Positions 11,405-23,862 of a DNA stretch of 64,000 nt are shown in pieces. Position numbers and translations under genes: made by a program. Position 1 is the stretch's first letter, and each line of letters begins with the position of its first letter. The notes below the pieces were generated by a model. That model searched no databases, had not been told where the DNA came from, and saw only the letters and a program-made list of their open reading frames with translations. Source of the DNA: an uncultured Planctomycetota bacterium (GTDB lineage Bacteria > Planctomycetota > Planctomycetia > Isosphaerales > Isosphaeraceae); contig CAWJTV010000024.1 of NCBI GenBank assembly GCA_963845755.1, positions 96,001 through 160,000 of the forward strand, written 5' to 3'.

Positions 11405-12495
11405 ATGAGTAAGTTCCAGCACAGGCCCCGATCGAAACCGAGATTCGAGCCGTTGGGGACCACCCGGGAGATCCCGGATGCCTCACACGGTAACGATCCC
11501 CCCAGGAGCCTCATCGACGGAGGCCCGACGCACCACTGGCAGCATATCCCCGGCGATCATCGTAGGCCCGCCAGTCCGGAAAAGTTCGACCTCTACTGGG
11601 ACACGGCGAATCAGTTCGGCATGGTCCATCCCCGGGCCGAAGATCCCTCGCAAACCCTCATCTACTACGATACGGCAGACGAGGTCTACTACACCCACTC
11701 CGCTTCCCGGGGAGGGATGAAGGGCGCGATTCGCTGCCGTTTCTGGCCCGCCTGCTTCGCAGGCTGGCCTGGATGGCGGATCGGGGCACGTTGCTTTCCG
11801 ATCAGGAAATCGATCATTTCTGTCCCCGAAGGCCCGCGGCGATCCTGGACATGGGCTGCGGACCTGGTTACCTGCTCGCCAAGTGCCGAGATCTGGGCCA
11901 TGACGTCCAGGGCGTCGAACCCGATCCGGTAGCCCGCGAGCTTGCGCTGGCTCAGCAGTTGGTCGTCTACACAGGCACCGGCGAATCCTTACCCGAGCCC
12001 ATCCAGGCTCAGACGTTCGACATCATCGTCATCTCGCATGTGCTCCATCACTGCGTCAATCCCACCGTCGCCCTCCGTAACCTGGCGGACCGCCTCGCAC
12101 CTGGCGGCCGATTGATCTGCGAAGTGCCGAACCAGGCGTGCCTCGGCGCGATCTGGGCCGGGATCGCCTGGGGCCACCTCGACATCCCGCGCCAGCTCAA
12201 CGTCTTCACCCCGCAGAGCCTGAGCCGGATGATCGAGCAATCTTCGCTCCGCATCGAGGACGTTCGATGGGCCCAGTACTGTCAACAGTTCCTCTCGGCC
12301 ACGATCGAGAACGAGCGACATAAGTTCGATTTCTTCAAGGCCCGGGGAACGCGACGCGCCTCCCTCCCCGTGAAGCCGAGCATGCTCAGCCGATACGCCC
12401 TGCTGGCCCGGACCCTGTTCGCTCAATGTAAACATAAATACGATAGCATAAGGATCATTGCTCGGAAACCGGGCGGGGCCGATGAAACGGCTTGA
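11405..12495 (+). CDS. Class I SAM-dependent methyltransferase (frameshift ~11725)
   Basis: ILDMGCGPG, GVEPD, FDII..SHVLHH, L.PGG.L..EVPN, D.PR.L..F. Confidence 0.8.
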
Positions 12496-12692
12496 TCATC
12501 CGGTGGCGGCAACCGGTGTTGGTTATCGGGCGGCTGGTTGACGGAGAGCCCCACACCTGGACTCGACGTGCGCGGCGTCCGGATGAAAGGAGGCTCCACG
12601 ACGGCCTTCCGTCGCAGTCGCGCCCGCCAGCGTGGCGGGGAAGCCCCGTTCCGCCGATGCCCTCCGACGGCACACTTGCGAGATGAAACGAT

Positions 12693-13350
12693 ATGCGTGG
12701 ATTCGGCTTTGATTTTCCGCGGAACCGTGCTCCTCGCGTGCTGGCCATCGGCGCCCATGCCGACGACATCGAGATCGGCGCGGGCGGCACGGTGCTCCGC
12801 CTGGCCGAGGAGCATCCGGGGCTGGAGTTCAAGTGGGTCGTCCTGACCGGCCAAGGCGACCGGCAGACCGAGGCCCGCCGCAGCGCCGAGGCATTCCTCG
12901 GACCGGTGGGCGGCATCCGTCGAACTGCCCGGCTTCCGCGACGGATTCCTCCCCTATGACGGCCGCGAGGTCAAGGCGTTCTTCGAGACCCTCAAGCCGT
13001 TCGAGCCCGACCTGATCCTGACCCACTGCCGCGGCGACCTCCACCAGGACCATCGCCTCGCCTGCGAACTGACGTGGAATACGTTCCGCAACCACCTGAT
13101 CCTCGAGTACGAGATCCCCAAGTACGACGGCGATCTCGGGACGCCCAACTTCTACGTCCCGTTGCACGAGGACCAAGTCCACCGGAAGATCGATCTCCTT
13201 GCCGAGCACTTCGCCAGCCAGCGCGTCAAGCACTGGTACGAGCGCGAGACGTTCCTCGGCCTGATGCGCATCCGGGGCCTGGAATGTCACGTCGCTGGCC
13301 ACGCCGAGGCCTTTTATTGCCGCAAGGTCGTCCTGGGCGGCACCGACTGA
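12693..13350 (+). CDS. PIG-L/LmbE family deacetylase (frameshift ~12915)
   Basis: GAHADDIEIGAGG, D.HQDH, LEYEIPKYDGD, FLGLMRIRGLEC..AEAF. Confidence 0.85.
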
Positions 13351-13399
13351 CCGGTGGCCAGGGAATCCACAATCGGTCTTGGCTTGTTGCGACCGGCGA

Positions 13400-14308
13400 C
13401 TATTCCGAGTGATAGAGCTCGCGTAACTTCTCGGCCACGACGGCGTCCCAGGGGAGGATCTCCTGCTCCGGAACGGCGGCCAGGTCCGCGGTGCGGTAGC
13501 GGACGAAGCAGCAATGCGACCGCCCCAGCTCGAATTCCGTCGGGGCGGTCCGGAGCGATTCCCGGATCTCCTCCTGGACCCCCGCCAGCGCGGCGACGAA
13601 GCGATCGTAACCGTCCCTCGGTCGGCCCGGCCCCGCCCACGGCACGGGAGTGACGGCCCCCAGAACCAAGAAGACGTCATTGTCCCGATCCGTCTCCTTC
13701 TCATGATACTTGTGAATGATGTGGAATAACTCCGCCCCCTTGCGGAAATCCAGCAGCGCCGGCCGGATGACGCCGCCGGTGATCGGCCACCCGATGGCGA
13801 CGATCAAACCATCCTGGCGGATGGTGAAACTCCGTTCGAATGGGGGGCGTTGATCGTAAGGATTGGCATCGGCCGGGGAGAAGCCTCCGAATCGGAGCCG
13901 GATCGGCCATTCGATCCGGCGGATCGACTTGACGAAGCCTTCCAGATCCATGGGACGCAGGTCGGCGCCCGGCCGGCTCCTCCTCTCATTCGCGTTGACC
14001 AACCCGCCCTGTTCGAGGCTCGCTTCCATCCCGATCAAGGTGGCATGGACTTGGCTGGCGGGAGCCAGGCGGATCCAATCGCAATCCAGCCACCGGGAGA
14101 GCCGGCGGCGTAGGGAGTCCTGCAGCCGATCGATCAGGCCATCGATCACCCGGGGCCGGCGCTCGTGGAAGAACGCCACACACGTCACCCCCGGATTCAC
14201 TCTCGACCGGCCCTCCCAGGCCCTGGCCACGGACACCCGATCCAACATGGCTTTACCCTCCAAGGACTCCGGCAATGCGACGACCGCCTGCTGGCAAGTC
14301 GAGATCAA
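13400..14308 (-). CDS. Hypothetical protein, possibly 2H-phosphoesterase-like
   Basis: 302-aa ORF with protein-like composition and one HxT motif (VHATLIG); start uncertain. Confidence 0.55.
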   Translation of the reverse strand: MISTCQQAVVALPESLEGKAMLDRVSVARAWEGRSRVNPGVTCVAFFHERRPRVIDGLIDRLQDSLRRRLSRWLDCDWIRLAPASQVHATLIGMEASLEQGGLVNANERRSRPGADLRPMDLEGFVKSIRRIEWPIRLRFGGFSPADANPYDQRPPFERSFTIRQDGLIVAIGWPITGGVIRPALLDFRKGAELFHIIHKYHEKETDRDNDVFLVLGAVTPVPWAGPGRPRDGYDRFVAALAGVQEEIRESLRTAPTEFELGRSHCCFVRYRTADLAAVPEQEILPWDAVVAEKLRELYHSE

Positions 14309-14334
14309 CGCCTCGGCTGAGGGGAGGCGAAAGA

Positions 14335-14420
14335 ATCGGACAGAAGATTCAAAATTCGATACAGATAAATATTAATTTTTAAAAAATCTTGAATTTGTGA
14401 TTTTAAATAGATTCTTTCAC
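14335..14420. promoter_or_regulatory. Very AT-rich tract between divergent genes (likely divergent promoter region)
   Basis: ATAAATATTAATTTTTAAAAAATCTTGAATTTGTGATTTTAAATAG in a GC-rich background. Confidence 0.5.
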
Positions 14421-14547
14421 AGCCTGTGAATCCACTCCTAGGCCGAGCGGATCCCAACCTCACATCGCCGGGGACCCCAGGCCCCACTGCGGCTGCCCCA
14501 CTGAATAGATCAGTCCACCTGGCCGACAACTTTGCAGGGTAAGGACC

Positions 14548-15364
14548 ATGAGCACGACCGAGAGCGAGCAGCAGCACACCTCGAGGAACGCGCGGACCGT
14601 GCTGGCTCTTCGACATCCCGTTCGCACCGTTGACCCTCGACGAGACCGCCTACGAAGTGGAACGGCTCATCCTCCGGAAGGTCCCGTCTTATCTCATCAC
14701 GGCGAATACCAACTATGCGATGCTCGTGGCCGAGCTGCCGGATCTGCATGAGGTGAATCGAAAGGCGGCGCTGATCGTTGCCGATGGCATCCACCTGGTG
14801 CGTGCCTCGCGGATGACGCGGTGTCCGCTACCAGAGCGCGTCACGGGCACCGACTTGCTGTATCGATTCAGCGAATTGGCTGCACAAAGGGGTTACCGCC
14901 TGTTCTTCCTCGGCGGAGCACCCGGCGTGGGCGATCAGGCCGCGCAGAATCTGTGTGCTCGATATCCCGGCCTCCAGATCGTCGGGACGGAGTCACCGAT
15001 GCTCAAGGACCTGACGCACGAGCAGCACGAGGCGCTGATCGCTCGCATCCGTGAGGCACGGCCCGATGTTGTGTTCCTCGCGATGAGCCAACCTCAGGGG
15101 GAACGCTGGATGCATCGAAATCACGAGACGCTGGGGGTCCCGGTTTGCATTCAGGTCGGATCGGCCGTCGACTTCGCCGCCGGCAGAATGCCCCGGGCAC
15201 CATGGTGGATGCGAAAGGCCGGCTTGGAAGCCCCCTACCGCATGTTTCGAGAGCCCTTGCGGCTGGCACCTCGTTATAGCCGCAACGCCCTGTTCCTGGC
15301 TAAATCCCTCGTCCGATTCGCACTGAGTCCCGAATATCGGCGTCAGGACCGGTCTCCTGACTGA
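14548..15364 (+). CDS. WecB/TagA/CpsF glycosyltransferase (frameshift ~14610)
   Basis: ITAN, ADG, ERVTGTDL, FFLGG, DFAAG..RAP.WM...GLE..YR..REP.RL..RY. Confidence 0.9.
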
Positions 15365-15521
15365 CTCGACCATCGATCCGGTCGGGGCGACGTATTGCCG
15401 AAAATTAAGAGGGCGGCGATTTTCTCCATCGAGGGAGGAAATCGCCGCCCTTGGTCGTCGAACGGAATTGGCAGATCTTCGGGGCAGGCAGGATCCTGAC
15501 CATTCCGTTTGGATGGCCGGC

Positions 15522-16376
15522 TCAATACGCACCAACTCGGAACAATACCACGAAGAAGGTCTTGCAGAGGATCACGAGGTCCCTACCCAGAGACCAGTTA
15601 ACGACGTAATCGGTATCGAGCTCAACCATGCGTTCGTGATTCAATCGGCTACGTCCGCCGACTTGCCAAGGCCCCGTCACCCCGGGCAGGACCACGAGGC
15701 GACGTTCGAAGCCCTCGGGATTCAAGGCGAAGAGCAGATCGCTGTCGCGAAGGGGAAGGGGTCGTGGTCCGACCAAACTCATCTCGCCCTTTAATACGTT
15801 GATTAACTGAGGGATTTCATCCAAGCTATAGCGACGCAGTTTCGCTCCCAACCGCGTGATGCGCGGATCGTTGCGAACCTTGAACAGAACGCCGCCATCC
15901 GACTCGTTGCTACTCTCCAGCTCCACAATCTGCTGCTCCGCGTTCACAGACATGGTCCGAAATTTGAGGATCCAGAATAACTGGCCCCGATAACCACGCC
16001 GTAACTGCTTGAACAGAACGGGGCCGCGGGAATCCAACCGGATCATCAGGGCGATCACCCCGATGATCGGCGCGAGCAGGAAAAGGCCCAACAAGGCGCC
16101 CGTGAGGTCAATCACACGCTTGACCAGGAACTGCAAACTACCCTTCGCCAGCCTCTCCGTGCCCAAGGGGAGGGACGATGGCACGGGGCCCGCATCTTGC
16201 GTGATCGCTGCGCTGTCGAACGTTGCTGAATTCAAGGGAGACATTGACGTGGGGATCAAAGTACTCATCGGGGAGGATTCTCCGTGGCATCGCAATTCAC
16301 TCTGGCTCTCAATCTCATCGGAGAGCTGTGCCGCCAATCCGGCTTCCATAAATATGCGTCGCTCTACAAGCGTCAT
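15522..16376 (-). CDS. Bacterial sugar transferase (priming phosphoglycosyltransferase)
   Basis: KR..D, KFRTM, DPRITRLG..LRR.SLDE.PQL.NVLKGEMSLVGPRP, PG.TG.WQV.GR. Confidence 0.93.
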   Translation of the reverse strand: MTLVERRIFMEAGLAAQLSDEIESQSELRCHGESSPMSTLIPTSMSPLNSATFDSAAITQDAGPVPSSLPLGTERLAKGSLQFLVKRVIDLTGALLGLFLLAPIIGVIALMIRLDSRGPVLFKQLRRGYRGQLFWILKFRTMSVNAEQQIVELESSNESDGGVLFKVRNDPRITRLGAKLRRYSLDEIPQLINVLKGEMSLVGPRPLPLRDSDLLFALNPEGFERRLVVLPGVTGPWQVGGRSRLNHERMVELDTDYVVNWSLGRDLVILCKTFFVVLFRVGAY

Positions 16377-16774
16377 TTATTCCATGGTTTTGGGACCCGG
16401 TCAATCGGAATAAAGGGCTAGCCTAACACGGGCTTTCCGGAGGGTCAATGAATTGCGACTCCTTGGCCTCGCCGTGTTGATTTTTGGAATCAACCGTGAG
16501 ACTTTGATTGGCGACCGTTCCGGGCTCAAGAGCCCTGGCGACCTCTCCGACAGGAGGAAAAAACCCCCGATTTCCGGCGGCAAGTCGGATACGACTCCAT
16601 GGAACGTCTTGAACTCCAACCACTTGCGCCGGGGACCCCTTCTGCCTCGCGATCCGTCTCCTCGTTGCCACCGGAAAAACTAAGGGTTTCGTTTTGACAA
16701 CGCGGTCGATCCGCGGCAAGACCTCGAGATTGCGACACAGACCGGGTGAAAGGCTGCATCCTTCCTCCGTATTG

Positions 16775-18361
16775 TCAGGAAACGCCGGGCAAGAGTTTGA
16801 GGATCTTCTGCCAGCACGTCTCCCGCTCACCCTGAATGGTCACGATTCGCTGATGTATCCAGGCGACGGTATCGCGGTCCGGAGCAGAGGGTGCCGGAAC
16901 GCCGGGAGAACCGGGAGGGATGGGCCCGGAGTGGGATTGATCGGGGCGTGGGGGCGGGGGCGAGAGCGGGGGTATCCCGGGGAGGCCCGCCCCGAGGGGT
17001 GAACGGAGTCCTGGTGGGGTGGCCGCCGGGGCGAAGGGTGGAACCATCGCGGATGGTCCAGATGAAGGAAGCAACGCATCCCCCAAACGAGCCCAGGCGG
17101 CGGCTGGACTGAACGGCTCCGCAGCGGGCCGTTGATCGCGGGCTGCCGCGGCAACGGAGTCGGTTCGTTCGCCCGACGTCGGATCCGACTGCCGTGACGG
17201 CTTGGCCAGCTCCACTTTCAATTCCTGAAGCTCTCGGGAGAGCTGATGGAGCCGGTCGAGCTCCTCTCGGATCACCACCATCTGCTCGCGGTGCATGGTG
17301 CCGAACATCTGGACCAGCATGCCCATGGCTTGCTGGAACTGATCGAACATCTGCTGTTGCATCATGCTGAACTGGCTGACCAGCGGCATCAGGACCGATT
17401 CGTGCAGCTCGGGTTGGGCCAGCCTGCCGGAAAGTGCGGCGTCCGTGGGGACGACCTCGATACCGGAGGCCGCGGCGACGAACGGGATGGGAAAGGAGGG
17501 CGCCGGCCCCGACGCGCCGCCGGAGCCCGCTGGAGGCGACACCGCGGCATCTCGTTGAGCAGCGATCGACCGCTGGGGGAGACCGGCCGGGTTCCGACGC
17601 GCGATCGCTCGGGCTGCAGGCCTGCGGGCCGAGTCGGCCGCCACACCCTCGGATCCCTGGTCGCGATCCCGGCATTGGATGCGGATTCGATAGCGTCCGA
17701 TGCCGAGCACGTCGCCATCAAGCAGCGGACCGGAACGCACCAGCCCCCCGTTGACGGTGATGCTGTGGTTCCCACGCAAATCGACAACCCACAGGCCCGT
17801 GGGCGTGCGCAGCAAGCTTGCGTGGAAAGCCGAGACACTCGGATCGGTCAGCCGGAACTTGCAACCCTTGGCCGATCCGATCAAGGACATGACCCGGTGC
17901 ATCGGCCAGATCATCGACTGCGACGGGCCGTTGAGGAACTCCAGGGCGACGGCGGGTAAGGGCTCGCGTCCCAACACCTGCGCCGCCAGTGGGGTTTCCC
18001 GTGGGACCTCGCCCAGGGCGGGGTCACCGCCCGAGGCCGTGGTGGGCCGACGGATCACGTAGGAGCCGACCCCGATGAACCCACGCCCTTCCAACCAGCC
18101 GGACTTCTGCGTCCCGGCTTCCGCCCGTGTCCCCGTCCGGCTCTCGAGATCGATCCAGAACAGCCGTCCCTCGACCGCCTGCAGATAGACGTGCCGCCGA
18201 CTGACCCGCGGGTCATCGAGGATCACGTCGGCCCGGTCATCACGGCCGATCACGGCGAACGGCTGGGGGAATTGCCGCGCCTCACCACCCTTGGCCCCCG
18301 GACCCTCGACGGTGATCCGGAGCGAGTCCTTGATCCCACAGGCGTTCAGGAAGGATCTCAT
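16775..18361 (-). CDS. Tandem FHA-domain protein
   Basis: Two FHA modules (IGR..DDPRVSRRH..DLES and IGS..DPSVSAFH..NG) followed by a Q/M-rich coiled coil. Confidence 0.85.
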   Translation of the reverse strand: MRSFLNACGIKDSLRITVEGPGAKGGEARQFPQPFAVIGRDDRADVILDDPRVSRRHVYLQAVEGRLFWIDLESRTGTRAEAGTQKSGWLEGRGFIGVGSYVIRRPTTASGGDPALGEVPRETPLAAQVLGREPLPAVALEFLNGPSQSMIWPMHRVMSLIGSAKGCKFRLTDPSVSAFHASLLRTPTGLWVVDLRGNHSITVNGGLVRSGPLLDGDVLGIGRYRIRIQCRDRDQGSEGVAADSARRPAARAIARRNPAGLPQRSIAAQRDAAVSPPAGSGGASGPAPSFPIPFVAAASGIEVVPTDAALSGRLAQPELHESVLMPLVSQFSMMQQQMFDQFQQAMGMLVQMFGTMHREQMVVIREELDRLHQLSRELQELKVELAKPSRQSDPTSGERTDSVAAAARDQRPAAEPFSPAAAWARLGDALLPSSGPSAMVPPFAPAATPPGLRSPLGAGLPGIPPLSPPPPRPDQSHSGPIPPGSPGVPAPSAPDRDTVAWIHQRIVTIQGERETCWQKILKLLPGVS

Positions 18362-18524
18362 GAGCTACCATTGAGAGAATCGAGGGACTCGACCGACTTC
18401 GTCGCGCGGATCGGCTCCGATGGCCGGCAGCGAAGCCTCGCATGGCCATCGGCCCGTGATGGCACAACCTCCGGCGGCCATCCCCACCGATAGAGATGAC
18501 CGGCCGTGTACCACAGATCAACGG

Positions 18525-21500
18525 TCAAGGTCTGCTGAACTCGTCGAGCACCTTCTGATAGGTGAGTATCTCCAGCTTGTGCAAGCCATTGGGTAATCCC
18601 CGACTCTTGGCGGCCTCCCAGCTCTGCTTTGCCTTTTCTTTGTCTTTCACCTTGAGATACGCCTGCGCCAGGTGAAAGTACTTGGGGCCGGTGGGCTGCG
18701 CATGGACCGCCGCTTCCAGGTCCTTGACGGCGTTCTGGCCCTCACCGGCGCAGAGATAGACGACACCCCGTGTGTCCAGGAAGTCGGGCTGCGCCCCTGG
18801 TTCTGGATCGCCTTGTTGATCAGATCGAGAGCATCGCTCGAATTACCACCCCTCAGCGCTATCAACCAGGCGAGGTTGTTGGACGCAGTCCCCCCGCGAT
18901 CATCGATACTAATGGCGGCACGGTATTGGTCCTCGGCCTTCCGGTGCTCCTCCAGCCGCTCGTAGAGGTTGCCCAGGCCGAACGGATAGAGCGGCGATTG
19001 TGGCTTCTCCTTCATCCCCCTCTGGAGCCAGCCGATGGCGAGGTTGATCTGGGCCGGGCTAACGGGGACATTGGGGTCGGCGAATGTCAAGATAATCAGA
19101 CGGGCGACCTCATCATGGTCACCCTCCTGTTTCCACAGGGACTGGCACAACTCGACGATCGCATCGAGCTTCTTCTGCCGCACGAGGAACTGGACCAGCT
19201 TGAGGTGGTTCGGCAAGGTGGCCGATTCAGCCGCGATCCGGCGGTAGATCTGCTCGGCCAGCTCGAACTCGCCGATCTGCTCGGCCAGCCCGGCCAGGCG
19301 TTGCCGGACCTCGGGGCCGAGATTGGGCCGATCCATCGTCGAGCGGATCCGGGCTTTCGCCGCTTCGACCTGGTTCCGGGCCTTATCAAGCTTCACCTCG
19401 AGGACCAGGACCGCCAGCAGATCCGGCTGGATCTGCCTGAGTTTCCCGATCAGCTCTTGGACCTCGACGAGGTCCCGATCCTCGTTGGGTTGGTGGTGGC
19501 GCAGGAGGCTCTCTGCAAATTGATTGAGGTAAATGGGCCGCCGTCGATTGGCCTCCAGGTCGGTGGGGGTGTTGGTGCGCAGGATCAGCTCGCGATACTG
19601 GTCACGGGCATTGGTCCACTCGCCGGCGGCTTCCTCGATCTGGGCCAACAGGAACCGGTCCTCGGCATTGGCGAGGTTCCGATTGACCAGCGTGTTGAGG
19701 ACTTCGATCGCCCGCTTAAGGTGCTGCGGAGTCCCCTGGGCCTCGAGCACTCTGGCCAGGACCCTCAATTCCTCCGGCTCGTCGGCGCCGTCCTGGCGGC
19801 CGACCGCTTCCAGGATGGCCAGGGCCTTGGCCGGCTGCCGCGGGTTGCCGGTGACATACGTCAAGGCGAGGTTGCGCCGGGCCCAGGCGACCGTGGTCTC
19901 GGCCTGGGATCCGCCCTTCCGGCCCAGGATCTCGCTCAACTGCTTCTGGGCCTCGGCAATCTGGTTGGTCCGCAGGAAGAACGCGGCGAACAGGCGATCG
20001 ATCGTCGGGTCGCCGGGGTCCTTCTGGCCGGCCTTCGCCTTGACGAACCATTGCCGCGTCGCGTCATACCACTTCTTGACCTGGTCTGCCTTGTTCGTCG
20101 CCTGGTAGCCGCCCCCCAGGGTCTCGCAGCACTGGGCCAAGACCAGCGGGGCCTGGGATAGACTGGCCTCGGCCTTCTGGACTTCCAGTTCGGCATCCTG
20201 GAGTCGCCCGGTCCTGACCAGGAACTCGACCAACGTGGTGATCCACCGGCCGGGATCGGTCTTGGCCTCGGCGAGGGCGGTGCGGATCTCGGTCTCCGCT
20301 TCGGGCAGCCTCCCGCTGTCCATAAGGACCTTGACCAGCCAGATCCGCTCCTCGAAATTGCCGGGCCGGGCCTTCACCGCGTTGCGCGCGATCTCCACAG
20401 CCTGGCGGAAGTCGTGTGTCTCGACGGCGTACCGCGACGCCAGCCGCCCGAGGTCGATGAACTGGGAGATCGAGGGGAGCCGGCTCATGAGTTGGAGGGC
20501 CTCGCCGCCGCGGCTTGCGGCGAAGAGGAGCTGGACGGTGCGCCGCAAGACGGCCGGGTTGTGCGCCCCCAGATCGATGGCCCTGAGATAGGTGCTGATA
20601 AGCGATTCCTGCTTCTCTCGCACCTGGGCCGCTTCGAGCCCCCCCTGGACCAGCTCTTGCTCTTCCATCTTGGCCGTCGCCAGGGAAATCGACGCCCAGT
20701 CGGGACGGCGCGTCTTCAAGTCGGTCAGCAGGGCCCGCGCGTCGGTTCGCAGCCGCTCCCGATCGGCCTTGTCCTCGCTACGACCCGCCTGCCAGATCAG
20801 GTAGTCCACCTGGCAATAGCGGCCGTGCAAGGGGTCGAGTTTCCCGATGGACTCGATCTCCTTCTCGATCTTGGCCCGGTCGGCGGACTGGAGTGCCAGA
20901 GCGAAGAGATTGAGGCGGGGATCCAGGCTCTCGGGATCCAGCTCGGCCAGCCGCGACCACATCCGGGCCGCCCCCTCCAGGTCCTGCTGGCGGGTCAACT
21001 CGGTGGCCAGGATGGCCAGCAGGCGCCGGCGGCTCTCCTTGGGGAAGGCCTCGAGATCATCGCCCAGGCTGTTCAAGGCCGCCAGGGCCTTCGGGCCCCC
21101 CTTTCGCACCCAGATCTGCGCGCGGCCGAGCCGGAACTCCACCCGATCACCCAGCGCCGCGCGGGCTCGCTCCAGCACGTCCAGGGCCTCGTCATACTTC
21201 TTCTCCTGCACCAGCAACTGGGCCTCGGTGGTCCAGGGTTCGACGGACTGGGGAAACTGCGAGCGGGCCGTCTTCAGCGCGTCCGCCGCCTTGGCTAGCT
21301 GGCCCTGCTCCGCGAACAGCCTCGCCCGCAGGACGACCGGCTCGGCGGACCCCGGCGCGGCCTTGACCGCCGCCTCGACCAGCCGATCGATCTCGCTCCA
21401 GTCCCGCTGGCCCGGCGAACGCTGCTGGTTCCGCATGATCAGCAACCGCACCAGACCTAGCTGGACCTGGGGCACCTGGGCGACGATACGCTGGTACTGC

Positions 21501-22831
21501 TCGATCGCCCTGTCGAGGTCGCCGCGATTGACCAACCCCTGGATCCAGTCCAGCTTCGCCTGCAGGTCATCCGGGTTGGCCGCCACCGCCCGCTGGCTGG
21601 CGTCCCATTGCAAGTCCGGTTCCCCGAGCTGGCCATAGCACCGCGCCAACAGCACGTTCACACGCGCCTTGAAATCCCCCCCGAAACGGGTCACCAGCGG
21701 CTGGAGCGACGCCAGAAGCCGACGCGCCTTTGCAAATTCGTTCTTATTGACATGATAATAAGCCGTGAAATAATCGATCAGGGCCTGATTGAACCCAGCG
21801 TCTTTCATCTCCTGGATGTGCAGGAGTAGCTTGCCGGTATCGCCGCGCGCCGCCAGGATCATCGCGAGCTGATAGCGGATCGCGACCTGCTCGGGCATCG
21901 TCTTGAGGGCGATCTCCATGACCTCGATCGACCGATCCATCCGCCCGGCCCGCCGCTCGAGGTCCGCCAAGGCCAGGTAGAGCTTGGGCGCATTGGGCAC
22001 CATCTTCAGCCCCCTATCCAGCAGTTGACGGGCCGCGTCGAGCCCCGACTTGCGCTGGGCCAATTGTGCGGCCTCCAGATACGTGTCGGGCTGATCCGGC
22101 GCGAGCTCCATCGACTTCCGGAAGTCGTCTTCGGCGCCCTTGAGATCGAATCGGTGGCGATAGCGCCCGCGCTCCAGATAGACCCGATAGTTCTTGGGTT
22201 CGGACTGCACCATCGCTTCGATGACCCGATCCGCCTCCTCCGCCCGGCCGAGCCGATCGCGGAGCAATGCCGCAACACGCTGGGCGGCATCGAGCCGCTC
22301 GGGGGCCCCGTGCTCGATGGCCGACCGGTAGTAATTCGTGGCGATCGCGGGGTCGGCTTCGCGGTCCTGTTCGCAGCACCGTCCCATCAGGTACTCGAGA
22401 TGGCCGTCATCCTTCGCCTGCTTCAGGAGGCTCGTCAGGTGCTGGCGCGCCAGTTGGAATTGCGGCCCGCCCATCTCGACGGCCAGCTCCGCCGCACGCC
22501 GCCGTACGTCCACCCGACCGGGCTGACGCCTCAGGATGTCGCCGAGGATCGTCATCGCATCTTGCTGCTGCTTCTGCGTTTTTCCTTGAGTTATGAGAAT
22601 GTCAGCATATTTAATTTGTACTTCCACGTCGTCCGGGACGACCAGCAGGTGCTGCTGATACAGCTCCACGGCCTTGTTGTAGTCCTTCTGCTCCGCAAAT
22701 TGATCGGCCTGCTCGACCACGCTCCGGGCCATCCTGTCAACTTGGAGCCTCCAGATGAAATAACCGGCCAGACCGATCAGGCTGGAGGCGGCAATCAGGA
22801 CCATCAGACGCTTCAAAGTCTTTCTGCTCAT
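18525..22831 (-). CDS. Large TPR protein with N-terminal TM anchor (frameshift ~18795)
   Basis: Repeated TPR-like helices, NNLAWL; C-terminus continues in another frame as FLDTRGVVYL..YFHLAQAY to a stop at 18525. Confidence 0.85.
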
Positions 22832-23092
22832 CCCGGGATGCCCCTCAACGAAAACAACGCGGCCCATCCGCCAACTTCGGCGCCGTCCAGACGACGCTTT
22901 TTCCGACGTCATCTCCATGAACAGCTTACGATTCTCACCCTGCTATCATCAACCATGCGCCACGGAAAAATCCAGGTTCCTCCCATTCCACCGCGGACAG
23001 TTCGACCCGTCGTTGATCTACAACAACATACTCCGCCCACGCCTGCCCCGGCCGCCCACTCTCACCAATCCCTCATGGTCACCAGTCCAGTA

Positions 23093-23790
23093 GCGATATC
23101 CCGAGCATAGATCGCCGCGAGCGGGCCGCTCACATCCCCCCTCCTGGCCCGGGACTCGAAGCCCCTCCGGTGCATCGAGGGCCACTACCGATGCACCGGA
23201 CATACTTCCGCGGGAGGCCCCGGCCCGGCCGGATCCTCGCCACCCCGGCATACCGATTAACCGGACATACTTCCTGCGACCGCCCTCGGCTACCTGGCCA
23301 TACGTCCTGCCGATTAACCGGACATACTTCTTCGTACGCGATGACTTCCGAAAATGCCCCTCTGGACAACCCAGATCCTATCCTCCGAACCTCCACCCAA
23401 GACCGCTTCACCAGGGGACCAGACGCTATCTGGAATTTAGTACATAACGATTCCTGGGACATGGTTCGGGGACCCGCGCGTTTTAAACGGTTTGTCCACT
23501 AGCGATACTCTGACCGTAGTGGACGTTTGAACCCCACGATTACGGGAGCATGAAACTGAGGGGATTTCGCGATTAACCGGACATACTTTCCACGATAGTC
23601 CGGACATACTTCGGGCGTGCACTCACGATATCCCGAGCATACCACTACCGATTAACCGGACATAGTTACGGTCTGTAAGTTATTGTTTTCTAACCCCTTG
23701 CGTCGCAGAGAATTTGTTATAGACTCTTGTTAAGACAAAAAGACAACAACACGGCGGCGCCGTTTGTTGTTGTTTTTTCTTTTTCTCGAC
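23093..23790 (+). repeat. Iteron array plus AT-rich tract: putative replication origin
   Basis: CGATTAACCGGACATACTT at 23254, 23311 and 23570; 1 mismatch at 23649; variants at 23189, 23593, 23626, 23093, 23448, 23503 and 23537; AT-rich 23670-23790; lies directly upstream of rep. Confidence 0.88.
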
Positions 23791-23862
23791 CAGGAAGACG
23801 GGAGGCAGCGGAGGCCGTCGATAGGGCGATCGTCCAGGCTTACGAATTGGGAGGGGTAGCGG

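Noticed and set aside
23189..23667. Repeats with intervening sequence resembling a CRISPR array
   Set aside because: Units are ~19 bp, degenerate and irregularly spaced, with no cas genes, and they lie directly upstream of rep; these are iterons.
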